Of a stretch of 64,000 bases of DNA, positions 22,550-33,161 are shown piece by piece. The stretch lies in IMG/VR virus record IMGVR_UViG_3300014043_000277; one strand, given 5' to 3'. The notes under the pieces are model-generated. The model saw only the letters and a program-made list of their open reading frames with translations. It did no database searches and was not told where the DNA came from. The stretch is from a virus. Its lineage: Duplodnaviria > Heunggongvirae > Uroviricota > Caudoviricetes. Within the stretch, counting starts at the first letter, position 1, and the number at the start of each line of letters is the position of its first letter. The position numbers and the translations under genes are program-made.

Positions 22550-23791
22550 ATGGGTTTGAAATTGAACAGGGTTCCGAGGGGAATCAATGAGAATAATGAG
22601 ATTGAGCCGCCGAATCCGACTACGAGGGGAGCGTTCAGGTTCCCTTCCGAGTCGGAGACGAGGGATGCGCAGAAGTATTCCGGTGATGAGCCGCTCATCA
22701 TGGATGAGGCGCTGCGTCAGGGGATTCGGTATGGGGCGTCGGATATTTTCGTGAAACCGAACTCGCCGGTATGGTATAGGGTGAACGGCAGGGTGTTCCC
22801 GTCAGGCAGGTTCGAATGGTTGGATCAGGAAGCCATGTATTCATCAAGCATGGGAATGATACTGTCAACATTGGAAAGGCAGTTCACTCAGGATTTGGAA
22901 TTGGATACGTCCTATGTGATTCAGGATGGCGAGTTCGCAGGGTCGCGTTTCCGTGTGAATTACATACGTAGTGATGACAATGGCATCACATTGGTGTTCA
23001 GGTATATCAATCCGCGCATTGAAACGCCGGACACGTTGGGTTTGCCGGATGAGGTCATCGAATGGTCGGAACGCCCCCGTGGACTGGTGCTTGTCACCGG
23101 GCCGACGGGTTCCGGTAAGTCAACATCCCTCGCGTCATTGATAAGGCGCATACAGTTGAATTCAAGGAAGCATATCCTGACGATTGAGAAACCTGTTGAG
23201 ACGGTGTATCCGAAGGATGGGTTGTCATTGGTTACACAGCGTGAGGTCGGGCAGGACACGTTGTCGTTCGCTAATGCGTTGACGAGCGCGATGCGCGATG
23301 CGCCGGATGTGATTCTTGTGGGTGAGATGAGGACGAACGAGGAGATCAGCGCGACGGTGGAGGCGGCTGACACGGGACATCTTACGTTCAGTACATTGCA
23401 TACGAAAAGCGCGGAGGAGACCATTCTGCGTATCCTGTCCAAATTCGAGGGCGAGGATAAAAGGGATATTCTCGCGCGTTTGTCATCGAACCTTGTCGGG
23501 ATCATGGCGCAGCAGTTGTTGCAGAGGAAGGATGGCAACGGGCGAATCGCGGTGCATGAGACATTGCATGTGAACCGTGATGTTTCGGAAATGATACTGG
23601 AAGGCGATGTGCATGCGATTCATGATTACATGCTTGAGCATCGTACAAGCATGGATCATCAGTTGTTGAGGATGGTCGCGGCGAATGAGATTTCATATTC
23701 GGAGGCTTACGGGCATGCGATGAACCCGAATGATTTCGAGGAGCTGGCTCATTCGCCGCGTGTGGCAAGCAGGATTGATTTCGATTCGTGA
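22550..23791 (+). CDS. PilT/VirB11-family secretion ATPase
   Basis: GASDI, Walker A GPTGSGKS, TIEKPVE, QREVG, Walker B ILVGEMR, TGHLTFSTLH. Confidence 0.92.
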   Translation: MGLKLNRVPRGINENNEIEPPNPTTRGAFRFPSESETRDAQKYSGDEPLIMDEALRQGIRYGASDIFVKPNSPVWYRVNGRVFPSGRFEWLDQEAMYSSSMGMILSTLERQFTQDLELDTSYVIQDGEFAGSRFRVNYIRSDDNGITLVFRYINPRIETPDTLGLPDEVIEWSERPRGLVLVTGPTGSGKSTSLASLIRRIQLNSRKHILTIEKPVETVYPKDGLSLVTQREVGQDTLSFANALTSAMRDAPDVILVGEMRTNEEISATVEAADTGHLTFSTLHTKSAEETILRILSKFEGEDKRDILARLSSNLVGIMAQQLLQRKDGNGRIAVHETLHVNRDVSEMILEGDVHAIHDYMLEHRTSMDHQLLRMVAANEISYSEAYGHAMNPNDFEELAHSPRVASRIDFDS

Positions 23792-24927
23792 AACCAGTGA
23801 ACGCAGAATGAGGGCATCGGATGTTCACCGGTGCCTTTTCTCATGCTATCATTGATGGCATGGTTGATGATGGTTCGGTGCTTGCGGTGTTGCGGCGGGT
23901 TTGAGGTTGGAACGGGATTATGGCATGCTTGCGGGTTGATGGCGTGCTTTCATCATGGTAGCGGACATTCTCATGTTCGATCCTGATATAGGCGTGTTCA
24001 GGAACGGGCATGTGTTGAGGGAGCATGATTTCATTGATGTCGCGCATGATGGGTCATGGCCGGATTGTTGACTTCCCTTCCGGTGTTTGACGTGGAACTC
24101 ATAGGAGGCGTATCCGGAGGAATATGCGGTTGAGGCAATGCTTGCGTCAATAGTATTGTAATCATGATAATCATAATGACCGGGAAGGGAAACATCGGTT
24201 GTATGTGAATCCTATGTTGAATGACAGTGGCGAATACTGCCTGATGAATTGGATGTTGGGTGTTGGAAATCTTCTGCGTTATGTTTTGGCGGTTCATTGC
24301 ATGGGATGAACGGGAATGATGTGCCATGTGGAATGAACCTGCGACATATGCTCATGAACGAGGTTAGGTTTGGTCGCATTGCTAACAAGGATTGCGCGCA
24401 TTCAATTCCACGGGCAGACGGTAAGAATATGGTGTGCAATGAGGAAATGGATGGGAAGCATGATTCACCGGTGATATCAATGAGGCGAAGGATTGGCTAA
24501 TCATGGGGTGGACATTCCATTGCTCATGGAATGATGATGACGGGCGTGTGATTGGCGCGACGGGTGGAGGGTAAATCATTGCGTTCATGGACATTGATTA
24601 TCATACTGCTGGCGAGGATATTATCACTGCAAACAATACCGTTGATAATGATGAAACGCATGCGGATTCCAATCCATCAGTGGAACGTTAATCAGACTCA
24701 TCATGTTCCGGTTCATCCATCATCATTAATGAGTCTTATGACATTAATAAGGCGAAATTGGAGGATGAGGCTCAACAATTTTCCTGATTGGTATCGTTGG
24801 AGCGCTAAGCAGAAATGGCAGCACGTGATGCGAGCCATCAATGGTGTGATGATGCGGACAGGATAAGGGCGCGTGGCGCATTACAGCGTGATCCCGTGAT
24901 TATGGACGCTGGCGACAGGATTCATGA

Positions 24928-25203
24928 ATGGCTGATTATCATACCGTGAATGAGGATGATGGGAGCATGCTGATTTCAATCAGTAGGGAAACTAATCATC
25001 ATGGGAATAATGCCGGTATTGAAAACAAATCGTCTGAACCTGACGAGAATGAGATTATGAGAAGGAAAGACAGGAAACACGCGGATAATATTATCCGCGA
25101 ATATGAGGCGCGGCATGGGATATCAACTAACGCGGAACAGTATAGAATGCATGTAAACAGATACTTCTTTCCTTGTAAAGGATTCCGTCATGTTCGTCAA
25201 TAA
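24928..25203 (+). CDS. Hypothetical protein sharing its N-terminus with 25328-26050
   Basis: MADYHTVNEDDG versus MTDYHTVGENNDG. Confidence 0.4.
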   Translation: MADYHTVNEDDGSMLISISRETNHHGNNAGIENKSSEPDENEIMRRKDRKHADNIIREYEARHGISTNAEQYRMHVNRYFFPCKGFRHVRQ

Positions 25204-25327
25204 TCTTCCATGATGAGGTTGATAATCAAATTCCATCCGGGTTAATGGATTTCATGGCATTTGGCAATCATATGATGTCATTGTAATATTGAATATGATG
25301 AAAACAATATGAAAAAGGAAAACCAAC

Positions 25328-26050
25328 ATGACTGATTATCATACTGTTGGTGAGAATAATGATGGTTTCATTCTGAATGATGGCAATGAGTGCCATGCGA
25401 ACAGAATTATTAATGGCGATGTTCATGGCGTGATAGTGAAAGCGAATGCGAGGGATGTTTTCATAAGTACATCGAATGATGGCGAATGCAGTGTTGCTGG
25501 CATTGATTATGATTATCATGATGGTTGCATTATTATCAATGATGACACCGGGAACATGACTGATATGATTCCATATAATGGGAACGTTTCCATTATCAAT
25601 AATAATAATAATGTGTATGTGAATGATGGGCGTGTTAAAAGGAACGGGAGTGAATCAAATGAACCGATTATTATTAATGTGCCGGATGATGTGAAGATTG
25701 TATTCAATGTGGACATGAAATCAGGTGATGTGATTCTGGCGAAGGATGTGCATGGTTTGTTCACAGTGAAAACAATGAGCGGTGATGTCATCATGCATGG
25801 TGTTCATCTGACTGGCGATTCATGTTTCCATTCAATGAGCGGCGATGTGAAATTGGATGTGATTGCGGATGAGAATGTGAATGTTTCCATTGACACCATG
25901 AGCGGGAACATTAACATGGAATCAGCGAATCATGTTAATGTGCGTTCACATGATACCATGAGTGGCTCTTATAGGAATGGGAATAATGGTTCCGGGCGTG
26001 TTATTAACCTGACTGCAAGCACCATGAGCGGGAACATTCATGTCAAATAA
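25328..26050 (+). CDS. DUF4097-like beta-strand repeat protein
   Basis: Repeated (T/S)MSG(D/N) motifs; AAAGGA RBS. Confidence 0.8.
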   Translation: MTDYHTVGENNDGFILNDGNECHANRIINGDVHGVIVKANARDVFISTSNDGECSVAGIDYDYHDGCIIINDDTGNMTDMIPYNGNVSIINNNNNVYVNDGRVKRNGSESNEPIIINVPDDVKIVFNVDMKSGDVILAKDVHGLFTVKTMSGDVIMHGVHLTGDSCFHSMSGDVKLDVIADENVNVSIDTMSGNINMESANHVNVRSHDTMSGSYRNGNNGSGRVINLTASTMSGNIHVK

Positions 26051-26112
26051 TGTTGTTTTCATTGAATGCATGATATAATCAAGTTAATAATTGTTGGAAG
26101 GATTATATTTTC

Positions 26113-26592
26113 ATGGCATTCAATAATAACGGCGGTGTGAGCAAGCAGGCAAGGAAATTGGCGAAAGCGGTTAAACATGCGAAACATTCCGGTGTGTTTG
26201 ACGCGGCAGGTAAAGGTGAACCAGTGCGATTAAGGGCGAAACGGACGGATGGTTTGGAGGATGAGTTCGTTCGCGTGTTCATTGAACGCGGATTTGACAT
26301 TGTGAAACTTGACATGAGCAAAATGACCGATAATGGCTTTGATGATGCGATTAACCAGTTGGGAACTGATTTAATGGTTACAGTCATTGCATTCAATGTG
26401 AATAGGAATGATGATAGGTTGAACCGCAGGTTGTTTGAACTGTTGCATGCAAGACATGATGCGGCTGTTAAGGCGGGATTTGATAAACCTCATGCCATGA
26501 GTCTCGTGATAGTCAGTGATGAAACAGTTCCTGATGGTGTCGCGTTCGACGCGATACCAGATGAGAACATTGACAGCATGCTGGCATTCTGA
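26113..26592 (+). CDS. Hypothetical protein (159 aa)
   Basis: GAAGGA RBS; hairpin terminator at about 26611-26647. Confidence 0.8.
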   Translation: MAFNNNGGVSKQARKLAKAVKHAKHSGVFDAAGKGEPVRLRAKRTDGLEDEFVRVFIERGFDIVKLDMSKMTDNGFDDAINQLGTDLMVTVIAFNVNRNDDRLNRRLFELLHARHDAAVKAGFDKPHAMSLVIVSDETVPDGVAFDAIPDENIDSMLAF

Positions 26593-26761
26593 ACATGGCG
26601 TAATCTGATGGAACGGGCTGATTTGATCATCAGTCCGTTCTTTTTTATTGATGTATGATGAGCAGCATGTGATTTGAGCATTTATAATATATTGGCATCA
26701 TTATGCATGCATTTATATTAATGAGAGCATGAAAATAAGGTAGGTGTTCAGCGCTGTATTT

Positions 26762-26885
26762 TGATGCCGTCCACAGGGCACGTAATATTCGGTTCTGTGG
26801 ACGGCGATTTTAATTTGAAATGTGAAAAACCATGTTTTCGATGCGTTTCTCATGAAACACGGAAAATCGCCGTCAGAATTGAAAT
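26762..26885 (+). repeat. Dispersed ~120-bp hairpin repeat, copy B
   Basis: GCCGTCCACAG..CTGTGGACGGC hairpin plus TTTTCGATGCGTT.CTCAT..AAAATCGCCGTCAGAATTGAAAT. Confidence 0.85.
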
Positions 26886-27092
26886 AAGCGAGCAGGCATG
26901 ATGAATGAAGGGATGACATATCGTATGAATTGAATGATGAAATCATTCATGAATAGTAATAGTTCCTGTTTAACGGCGGGCAACATAATTAACATGGATT
27001 GTTTTGGTTCCATATGCTATCATTGCATTCATGGGACGTAACATGAATGGGAAACTGCGGTGGGCGATTGACAATGCGTATAGGAACGAAAC

Positions 27093-27650
27093 ATGAAGGA
27101 ATATGCTTGCAGGCATTGTATGCAAACGGATGATTATCGGAGAATACTAACACGTGCATTATTATTCAATGATTCAAGAATGAAATCATGGATTCATTTC
27201 ATGTATGTCATAACCACGCTGGTTCCATTGGAAGAGTTCTGCGGCATAATGGATGACATCATGATGAATATACAGTATGATTATTATGAAACAGGTGGAT
27301 TATTGTATGAGAAACATATAAGACAACAGTCCAATGATGCGGAATATTATTGCGAAATACTATCATCATTCAATAATATTGATGAATTGGAATGCATTCA
27401 AATGAGAACATTATTCCATGATGATGAATGGGATTTGATTGGTGAAATGGAATTCCATGTTTTCACATGGTTGCATGAGCATGGTTTCATGAATGCATTC
27501 AAATGGTATGGGATGAAATGTTTTAATGATGATTCAATTCATAATGATGCTATCAATCATGTGAGAGGCCACCGCCGCCCTGAAGAGACGGTGCTCACTC
27601 ACGCAACAATGATTGCTTATTGTCAATCCATTGTCTCATTTCATCCATAA
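27093..27650 (+). CDS. Hypothetical protein whose C-terminus is supplied by an IS left-end remnant
   Basis: ORF with AGGAA upstream; reads into the IS-derived AINHVR sequence. Confidence 0.5.
   Translation: MKEYACRHCMQTDDYRRILTRALLFNDSRMKSWIHFMYVITTLVPLEEFCGIMDDIMMNIQYDYYETGGLLYEKHIRQQSNDAEYYCEILSSFNNIDELECIQMRTLFHDDEWDLIGEMEFHVFTWLHEHGFMNAFKWYGMKCFNDDSIHNDAINHVRGHRRPEETVLTHATMIAYCQSIVSFHP
27554..27604 (+). mobile_element. IS605-family left-end remnant
   Basis: TGCTAT|CAATCATGTGAGAG..CACCG..CGGTG hairpin, like the IS start at 53969. Confidence 0.7.
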
Positions 27651-27713
27651 TACTGTTAATTATTTGTTCTCAATGACAATGCATTCATACGATAATATAG
27701 ATATTCCTTATGT

Positions 27714-28790
27714 ATGAACAATATTATTAAACCACCTCATCATGATGGCATGGATGCTAATGAAATCAGGAAAGCGGATGCGGCTTATAAAATGCTGTTG
27801 CATGGGCGCAGGCATTATGGTCGTCCAGCAGCATCATTAACGCAATTGGATAATCCTGTGTTGCATGGTAAACTTCCAAAAGGATGGAAACGTTCAGTAT
27901 TGGATAAGGCGCGTCAAGGAGAGGAAACGACAAGCGCCATGCTGCTGTCATGGATGCAGGATAAACCTGATGTTGTACTGTTTGACAGTATTCACATCAA
28001 GAATGGCGAAACTGATGTGGACATGGAAACAGGATTATTGGATGATAACGGGGACACGGATCATATTATAATATGCGGGACTCATGTTCTCATCATTGAT
28101 TCGAAAGCATGGAAAGGCGGTTGGAAGAAGAAAAGCGATCCGATTAATAAGAAAACAGGTAACCGTCCATTGCATGATTCGGTGTATTGGATTAACTGGA
28201 AAGGGCATGTTGTCCGTTTCAATAAGGATTTCCCTGGTGGTAAAGTCCATATGGGTAACGCGATAAGATTATGGAAATCCTATTTGCATACATTGGATGG
28301 GAATGTAAACATTGAAGGCATGATTCATATCGTGAATGATAAGGTGATTGTGAGTTCATCGGAACTTGGTTTGGAAAAAGCCAGACAGGATGCGAATTAT
28401 GCGAAATACGCTGAACTGTCAATCGCGCAGGCGAATAAGGTTTATCATCGGCAGGGATGGCGATTGGTTGAAAAACGAATGTTCCTGAAATCATTGGATG
28501 CATGGTATCAGAACATCAAGCAATCGGACAGATTCATTTCCACGGATTTGGTTGCATTGATTGCGACGCAATGTTGTAAACCATATGATCCGTCACGTGG
28601 ACTTATCAATAAATCATTATTGTATTCAACTGCATCCAATGAGAACAGCATTCAGGATGATTCGGATGGTGCTGGTAATGTTAAGAATGATGATGGTGAA
28701 CCGGACGTTCCTGCATTGGATTCTGAGGATGACACGGGTTCAAATGATGTTAAACGTTCATCATGGTTCTGGAAACTGTTCAGAAAATAA
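27714..28790 (+). CDS. NERD-domain (nuclease-related) protein
   Basis: DTDHIIICGTHVLIIDSKAWKG motif. Confidence 0.8.
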   Translation: MNNIIKPPHHDGMDANEIRKADAAYKMLLHGRRHYGRPAASLTQLDNPVLHGKLPKGWKRSVLDKARQGEETTSAMLLSWMQDKPDVVLFDSIHIKNGETDVDMETGLLDDNGDTDHIIICGTHVLIIDSKAWKGGWKKKSDPINKKTGNRPLHDSVYWINWKGHVVRFNKDFPGGKVHMGNAIRLWKSYLHTLDGNVNIEGMIHIVNDKVIVSSSELGLEKARQDANYAKYAELSIAQANKVYHRQGWRLVEKRMFLKSLDAWYQNIKQSDRFISTDLVALIATQCCKPYDPSRGLINKSLLYSTASNENSIQDDSDGAGNVKNDDGEPDVPALDSEDDTGSNDVKRSSWFWKLFRK

Positions 28791-28832
28791 TGGATATTAT
28801 TTTTATTGTGAATGCAGGAAGGAATTGTTTAA

Positions 28833-29657
28833 ATGGTTGATGTTGAAATAAGGGAACCATCCGGTGATTTTGATTTACCGGAACGTAAAGCACGTAAGGT
28901 TCATGAATTGCTGTCATCAGGACGCAGGCATTTCGGGCGTCCTGCCGCGAACCTGACTTTATTGGATGATCCTGATGTCAAAAGCGCTTTGCCTGATAAA
29001 TGGAAATGTGATGAACTCACTGAAAACATGAAAGCATGTGAGAATGCAAGTAATGCTTTCATGGATTGGATGCAGGATAAACCGAACGCTGTTCTTGTGG
29101 ATTCAGTTCATGTTGATGGAATGGAGCTATCAGTTGATGATGAAACAGGTTTGATGGATGTCGGAGTGAATTCACATGTTATCATAATCGGTTCTCATGT
29201 TCTCATTGTTGACACGAAATATGTGAAACCCGGTAAGGATGAGGATCATATTGTGAATTTCATTCAGGATGATGATGGGAACATTTGCCGTGGTTCAAGA
29301 ATCATGCCTGGAGGTCATGTTGATTTGGATGCCGATTTACGTGCATGGTTCTCATATTTGCAGTCAAATCAGGAAACTGAGCCGTTGAATCTGCTGGGAA
29401 TGATTTATTTGGATGCGGATTACATTAAAGTGAATCGTTTCAAATCATGGTGGGAAACATTGAAAACGAAATTCTGGTATCTCATTGAGAAGGATAAATT
29501 CACGGAACAAATGGATAAATGGTATGAGCAGATACCGGAGGATGAACGGACATTCATTTCAACGGACATTGTCACTCAGATTGTCATGAAAATGTGCAAA
29601 CCATATGACAGGCGAGCGCATGTCATTAACATGAAACCATTGATGACGAATAAATGA
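28833..29657 (+). CDS. NERD-like paralog of the upstream gene
   Basis: Shares GRRH.GRPAA.LT.LD, WMQDKP, HV.I.G.HVLI.D.K, FISTD and CKPYD. Confidence 0.8.
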   Translation: MVDVEIREPSGDFDLPERKARKVHELLSSGRRHFGRPAANLTLLDDPDVKSALPDKWKCDELTENMKACENASNAFMDWMQDKPNAVLVDSVHVDGMELSVDDETGLMDVGVNSHVIIIGSHVLIVDTKYVKPGKDEDHIVNFIQDDDGNICRGSRIMPGGHVDLDADLRAWFSYLQSNQETEPLNLLGMIYLDADYIKVNRFKSWWETLKTKFWYLIEKDKFTEQMDKWYEQIPEDERTFISTDIVTQIVMKMCKPYDRRAHVINMKPLMTNK

Positions 29658-29735
29658 AAACATGGAATAATCACATTAAAAAAGGCATGGAAACATCATA
29701 TTTCGTTCCGTGCCATTTTTTTAATTTAATCATGA

Positions 29736-29876
29736 TTATTCATGTGAATGCCGTGTCGTCCAATCATTATGAGCGCAGGATGAGCATAAACCATGAATGA
29801 GATTGGATGCAAGTATTGTCGCATGACATCCAATGCAATTCGCATAATCGCGAGTATCATATAATTGTGTTATCAT
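29736..29876 (-). CDS. Possible small zinc-finger peptide (46 aa)
   Basis: CIGC...CSSC and AAGGAAG RBS. Confidence 0.45.
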   Translation of the reverse strand: MITQLYDTRDYANCIGCHATILASNLIHGLCSSCAHNDWTTRHSHE

Positions 29877-30039
29877 AATATTATCTTCCTTGATTCCATG
29901 TCCGATACTGTACATGATGAATGCGTTGTTGTCAATTAGGGTTGGCATGATAATTCCGATTAATTTTTAATTGAATGTTTTCATGCGAACAGGGTTGTTT
30001 TCATGCTTATTTCAGTATGATGATTTTTCACCAGAATCT

Positions 30040-30161
30040 ATGCCGTCCACAGAGCGCGTAATCTTGCGGCCTGTGGACGGCGAACGTAATTTGAAATGTG
30101 GAAAACCCGGTTTTCGATGCGTTGCTCATAAAACACGGAAAATCGCTGTCAGAATTGAAAT
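30040..30161 (+). repeat. Dispersed ~120-bp hairpin repeat, copy C
   Basis: Close match to 26762-26885. Confidence 0.85.
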
Positions 30162-30327
30162 TGACGATTTAATTGCCATATGATGATGAACCAAAAATCA
30201 GATTTGATTTCAATGAAAATATGGTGATTGATGTTTACATGTATTCAATGCGAATATGAAAGAACGCGGAGCCAAAAAATTGTTCCGCGTTCTTGTTGGT
30301 TGTTTCCGTTTTTTCAGGATGCTCGAA

Positions 30328-31830
30328 TCATCGCGCCTGCGGTTGTTGTTTTGATGTCATCACGAGGCGTTTCGCTACTTCCGTTGGAACAACCGCCTGA
30401 GCGAGAATAAAGAATGATTGTTCCAACTGAGGAACTTCTATTATCGCGCCGAGGTTCTGGTTGTTTGATGCGCCTGTTATCAGTTTCGGGAAACTTGGAA
30501 CAGTTGTAAGCACATGAGGAATCGGCAGATCATCAATCGGAACTGTCTTATCAATCAGCTGATAAATCTGATGCGTTGCGACACGCAGGATTTTAGTGAT
30601 TTTCTTAGGTCCCATTCCGACATCTTTCATGCCTTTGTTAATGACGATGCCTACTTTTTCCAATGGGATTCCGAAACCTGATGATTCCTCTGGCGTGCAT
30701 ACATTCTGCATCCATTTAGTAGTATCCAATATTGATTTCAAATCCAAATCGGTAACATACAGGATTTTGTCCGCGATTGGATATATGACATCATAGATGA
30801 CAGGATCAAGGAAGTACATCACGGAAGTGTCAAGTATCACAATGTCATACATTGTAGCAAGAATGCTTATTACGCGACGATACATATCCGGTGGTGTATC
30901 CTCAACATAACGCGGGCTTTTCGGTGCGAGCAGCGCATCAAAAGCGATGAAATCGCCTTCCTGTCGTTTTGATTTCTGAACGATGTCATTGGTGATAAGG
31001 TTCCTTGCGACGGATTCCTTATTAATATGAGGTTCCTGAGCGATGTTAATCATTGTCGGTTTGCTTGCGCCGAGAACATAGCCTAACTGTCCATCATAGA
31101 TATCGCAATCAACAAGGCATACTTTCAATGGTTGCTTTATTTTGCCTTGGCGAGCCGCCTCACGGGTTGATTTGCCGATTTCCTGAGCGAGGCTGAATGC
31201 GACGGTTGATTTACCGGAGCCGCCTTTCGCTGATGTAACGGTGATTATCGTTCCGCGTTTACCGAGCGTGTTAGTGAATGTGTCATCATCATCTTCATCT
31301 TCCGTGTCAAAATCAAAATCATCACCTCGTTTATTTTCACGGACAACATCATTGATTGCTTCTTCCGGTGGAGTCAAACCGAGTTCATTAATGAAAATCT
31401 GAACGACATCAGGTGAGCTATCACCTGAATTCACATAATCCTCAATCGCTTCATCAATTGAGCGCAGAATGTCATCAGCATCAATCCAATACACATGAGC
31501 GCCCTGATCGTTTTGCGCGTTCTGCGCTATCTGGCTTTCAATTTCATCTTTCGGTGTCGTATCGTCCGGGTCATTGAATGAAATGATTGCAACGAGTGCA
31601 TATGGTGCCATGTCGGCACAGAACTGTTCAAATGTCTGATCGTGATGACTGGAATCATATAATGCTGGATCCAATATTAGCATTGGCGTCGTGTCATCAA
31701 TGTTGCCATTGTCAAGATTATCATAGAAATCCGCTATTTGCTCTGATGGAATCTGCCAATCCCAATCAGGCTGATTATCCTTGAAGAAATCATGATAATC
31801 CGGGCTTCCAATAACTGCTACTTTTAACAT
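30328..31830 (-). CDS. CpaE/MinD/ParA-family ATPase with an N-terminal receiver-like domain
   Basis: Deviant Walker A KGGSGKST, LVDCD, YDIVILDT; adjacent to a CpaB-like gene. Confidence 0.85.
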   Translation of the reverse strand: MLKVAVIGSPDYHDFFKDNQPDWDWQIPSEQIADFYDNLDNGNIDDTTPMLILDPALYDSSHHDQTFEQFCADMAPYALVAIISFNDPDDTTPKDEIESQIAQNAQNDQGAHVYWIDADDILRSIDEAIEDYVNSGDSSPDVVQIFINELGLTPPEEAINDVVRENKRGDDFDFDTEDEDDDDTFTNTLGKRGTIITVTSAKGGSGKSTVAFSLAQEIGKSTREAARQGKIKQPLKVCLVDCDIYDGQLGYVLGASKPTMINIAQEPHINKESVARNLITNDIVQKSKRQEGDFIAFDALLAPKSPRYVEDTPPDMYRRVISILATMYDIVILDTSVMYFLDPVIYDVIYPIADKILYVTDLDLKSILDTTKWMQNVCTPEESSGFGIPLEKVGIVINKGMKDVGMGPKKITKILRVATHQIYQLIDKTVPIDDLPIPHVLTTVPSFPKLITGASNNQNLGAIIEVPQLEQSFFILAQAVVPTEVAKRLVMTSKQQPQAR

Positions 31831-31851
31831 GCTGGAAAATCAACCTTCCTT

Positions 31852-33072
31852 TCATTCAGTTGTTCCGGCGTTGTCAACGGAATCATCTGTTCGCTTGTTC
31901 GCCGCGTCATCAGTATCCTGAGCAGTGCTCTTCTTATTACGCTCTTTCGCTTTGTCAAGTGAGTCGTTCCATTTCTGAATAGTTTCCTTATCGTTTCCTG
32001 CCTGCTTAATACAATACTGCTTATCGGCATCCCAGCGTGAACCGAGATAATATGGTTCACTGAACAGGCTGCTGCACCATGTGATTTCAGCATTAGTCAG
32101 CTTAGGAGCACCATTCTTGTATTTGATGGTTCCATCATCATTAAGTTCGCTTGCTGAAACATCATAAGGAACGCCGAATTCATTACGACGGACATCAAGG
32201 AATGTGTTATCAGTGCAATCAGCGGAATCAGCGTTCGCATCATCGCATAATGACGCGTTACGAGGCTGCATTTCATCACCGTTATAGGTGAATGTGCTGA
32301 ACGCATACGCTTGCGCGTTCGGTTGTTGATACATGTTCTCACGTGGAGACATAACCAGTTTTATCTGTAATGATTGCAATGCTGCATGCAGCATTGCAAT
32401 GTCTTTCGGTGGCATTGCAACGAAATATTCCAATGATTGCCCAGTTGTTACAGTGGTTCCATCCTTTGCCGTCTCTGATGTTTTCTGGCTTGTAGTGAAC
32501 AGGCACATGACATTGTAATAAACGTAAGTGCCGCCCTGTCCCATGGTGACAGCGCCTTCCACTTCGTTACCGTCCTTGGATTCTTTCGCACCCATGCCGA
32601 GGATGTCGAAATAATCGCCACGCATGATGTTGCCGTCAACTGCATCAGATGAATCCACGGTGAATGATGTTACTGCCCATTGATCGGAAACGCCATTATA
32701 CAGGCTGGCGCGTCCGCCCGTATTTGAATTGGTCAGGACATCTCCTGCGAGAAGATCATATTGCGCGTAAACCTGACCTGATTGAACATCAGATAATCCG
32801 ATTGATTTCGGAGCGGTACCTTTCCTTGTTTTCACCGCTTGCATGTCATCAGCCGTTATTTGCGAATGCGCGGGAACATCTGTTCCGAGGACATAATATG
32901 TTTCAGTGGCACTGATGCTGCTGAAAAAAGAATATGTCAATCCAATGAGGACAACGCCGAGAATGACGATGATGAACAGGATTGGATTGCTGAATTTGCC
33001 TTTTTTGCCTTTGCCGCCGACGCTTGAGCCGGATGACAGTTTATTTTTACTACTTCCGAGAATACTTGCCAT
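31852..33072 (-). CDS. CpaB/RcpC-like SAF-domain pilus assembly protein
   Basis: N-terminal TM, SAF-like DVPAHSQITADDM..AQYDLLAGDVLT, GNIMRGDYFDI. Confidence 0.7.
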   Translation of the reverse strand: MASILGSSKNKLSSGSSVGGKGKKGKFSNPILFIIVILGVVLIGLTYSFFSSISATETYYVLGTDVPAHSQITADDMQAVKTRKGTAPKSIGLSDVQSGQVYAQYDLLAGDVLTNSNTGGRASLYNGVSDQWAVTSFTVDSSDAVDGNIMRGDYFDILGMGAKESKDGNEVEGAVTMGQGGTYVYYNVMCLFTTSQKTSETAKDGTTVTTGQSLEYFVAMPPKDIAMLHAALQSLQIKLVMSPRENMYQQPNAQAYAFSTFTYNGDEMQPRNASLCDDANADSADCTDNTFLDVRRNEFGVPYDVSASELNDDGTIKYKNGAPKLTNAEITWCSSLFSEPYYLGSRWDADKQYCIKQAGNDKETIQKWNDSLDKAKERNKKSTAQDTDDAANKRTDDSVDNAGTTE

Positions 33073-33161
33073 GATTCTGTAATATCATCCTTTCATTTAT
33101 AAAAACGGATTCAAAATGTTATCAGAATAATGAATATCCATTGATACAGGTATTCATTATA

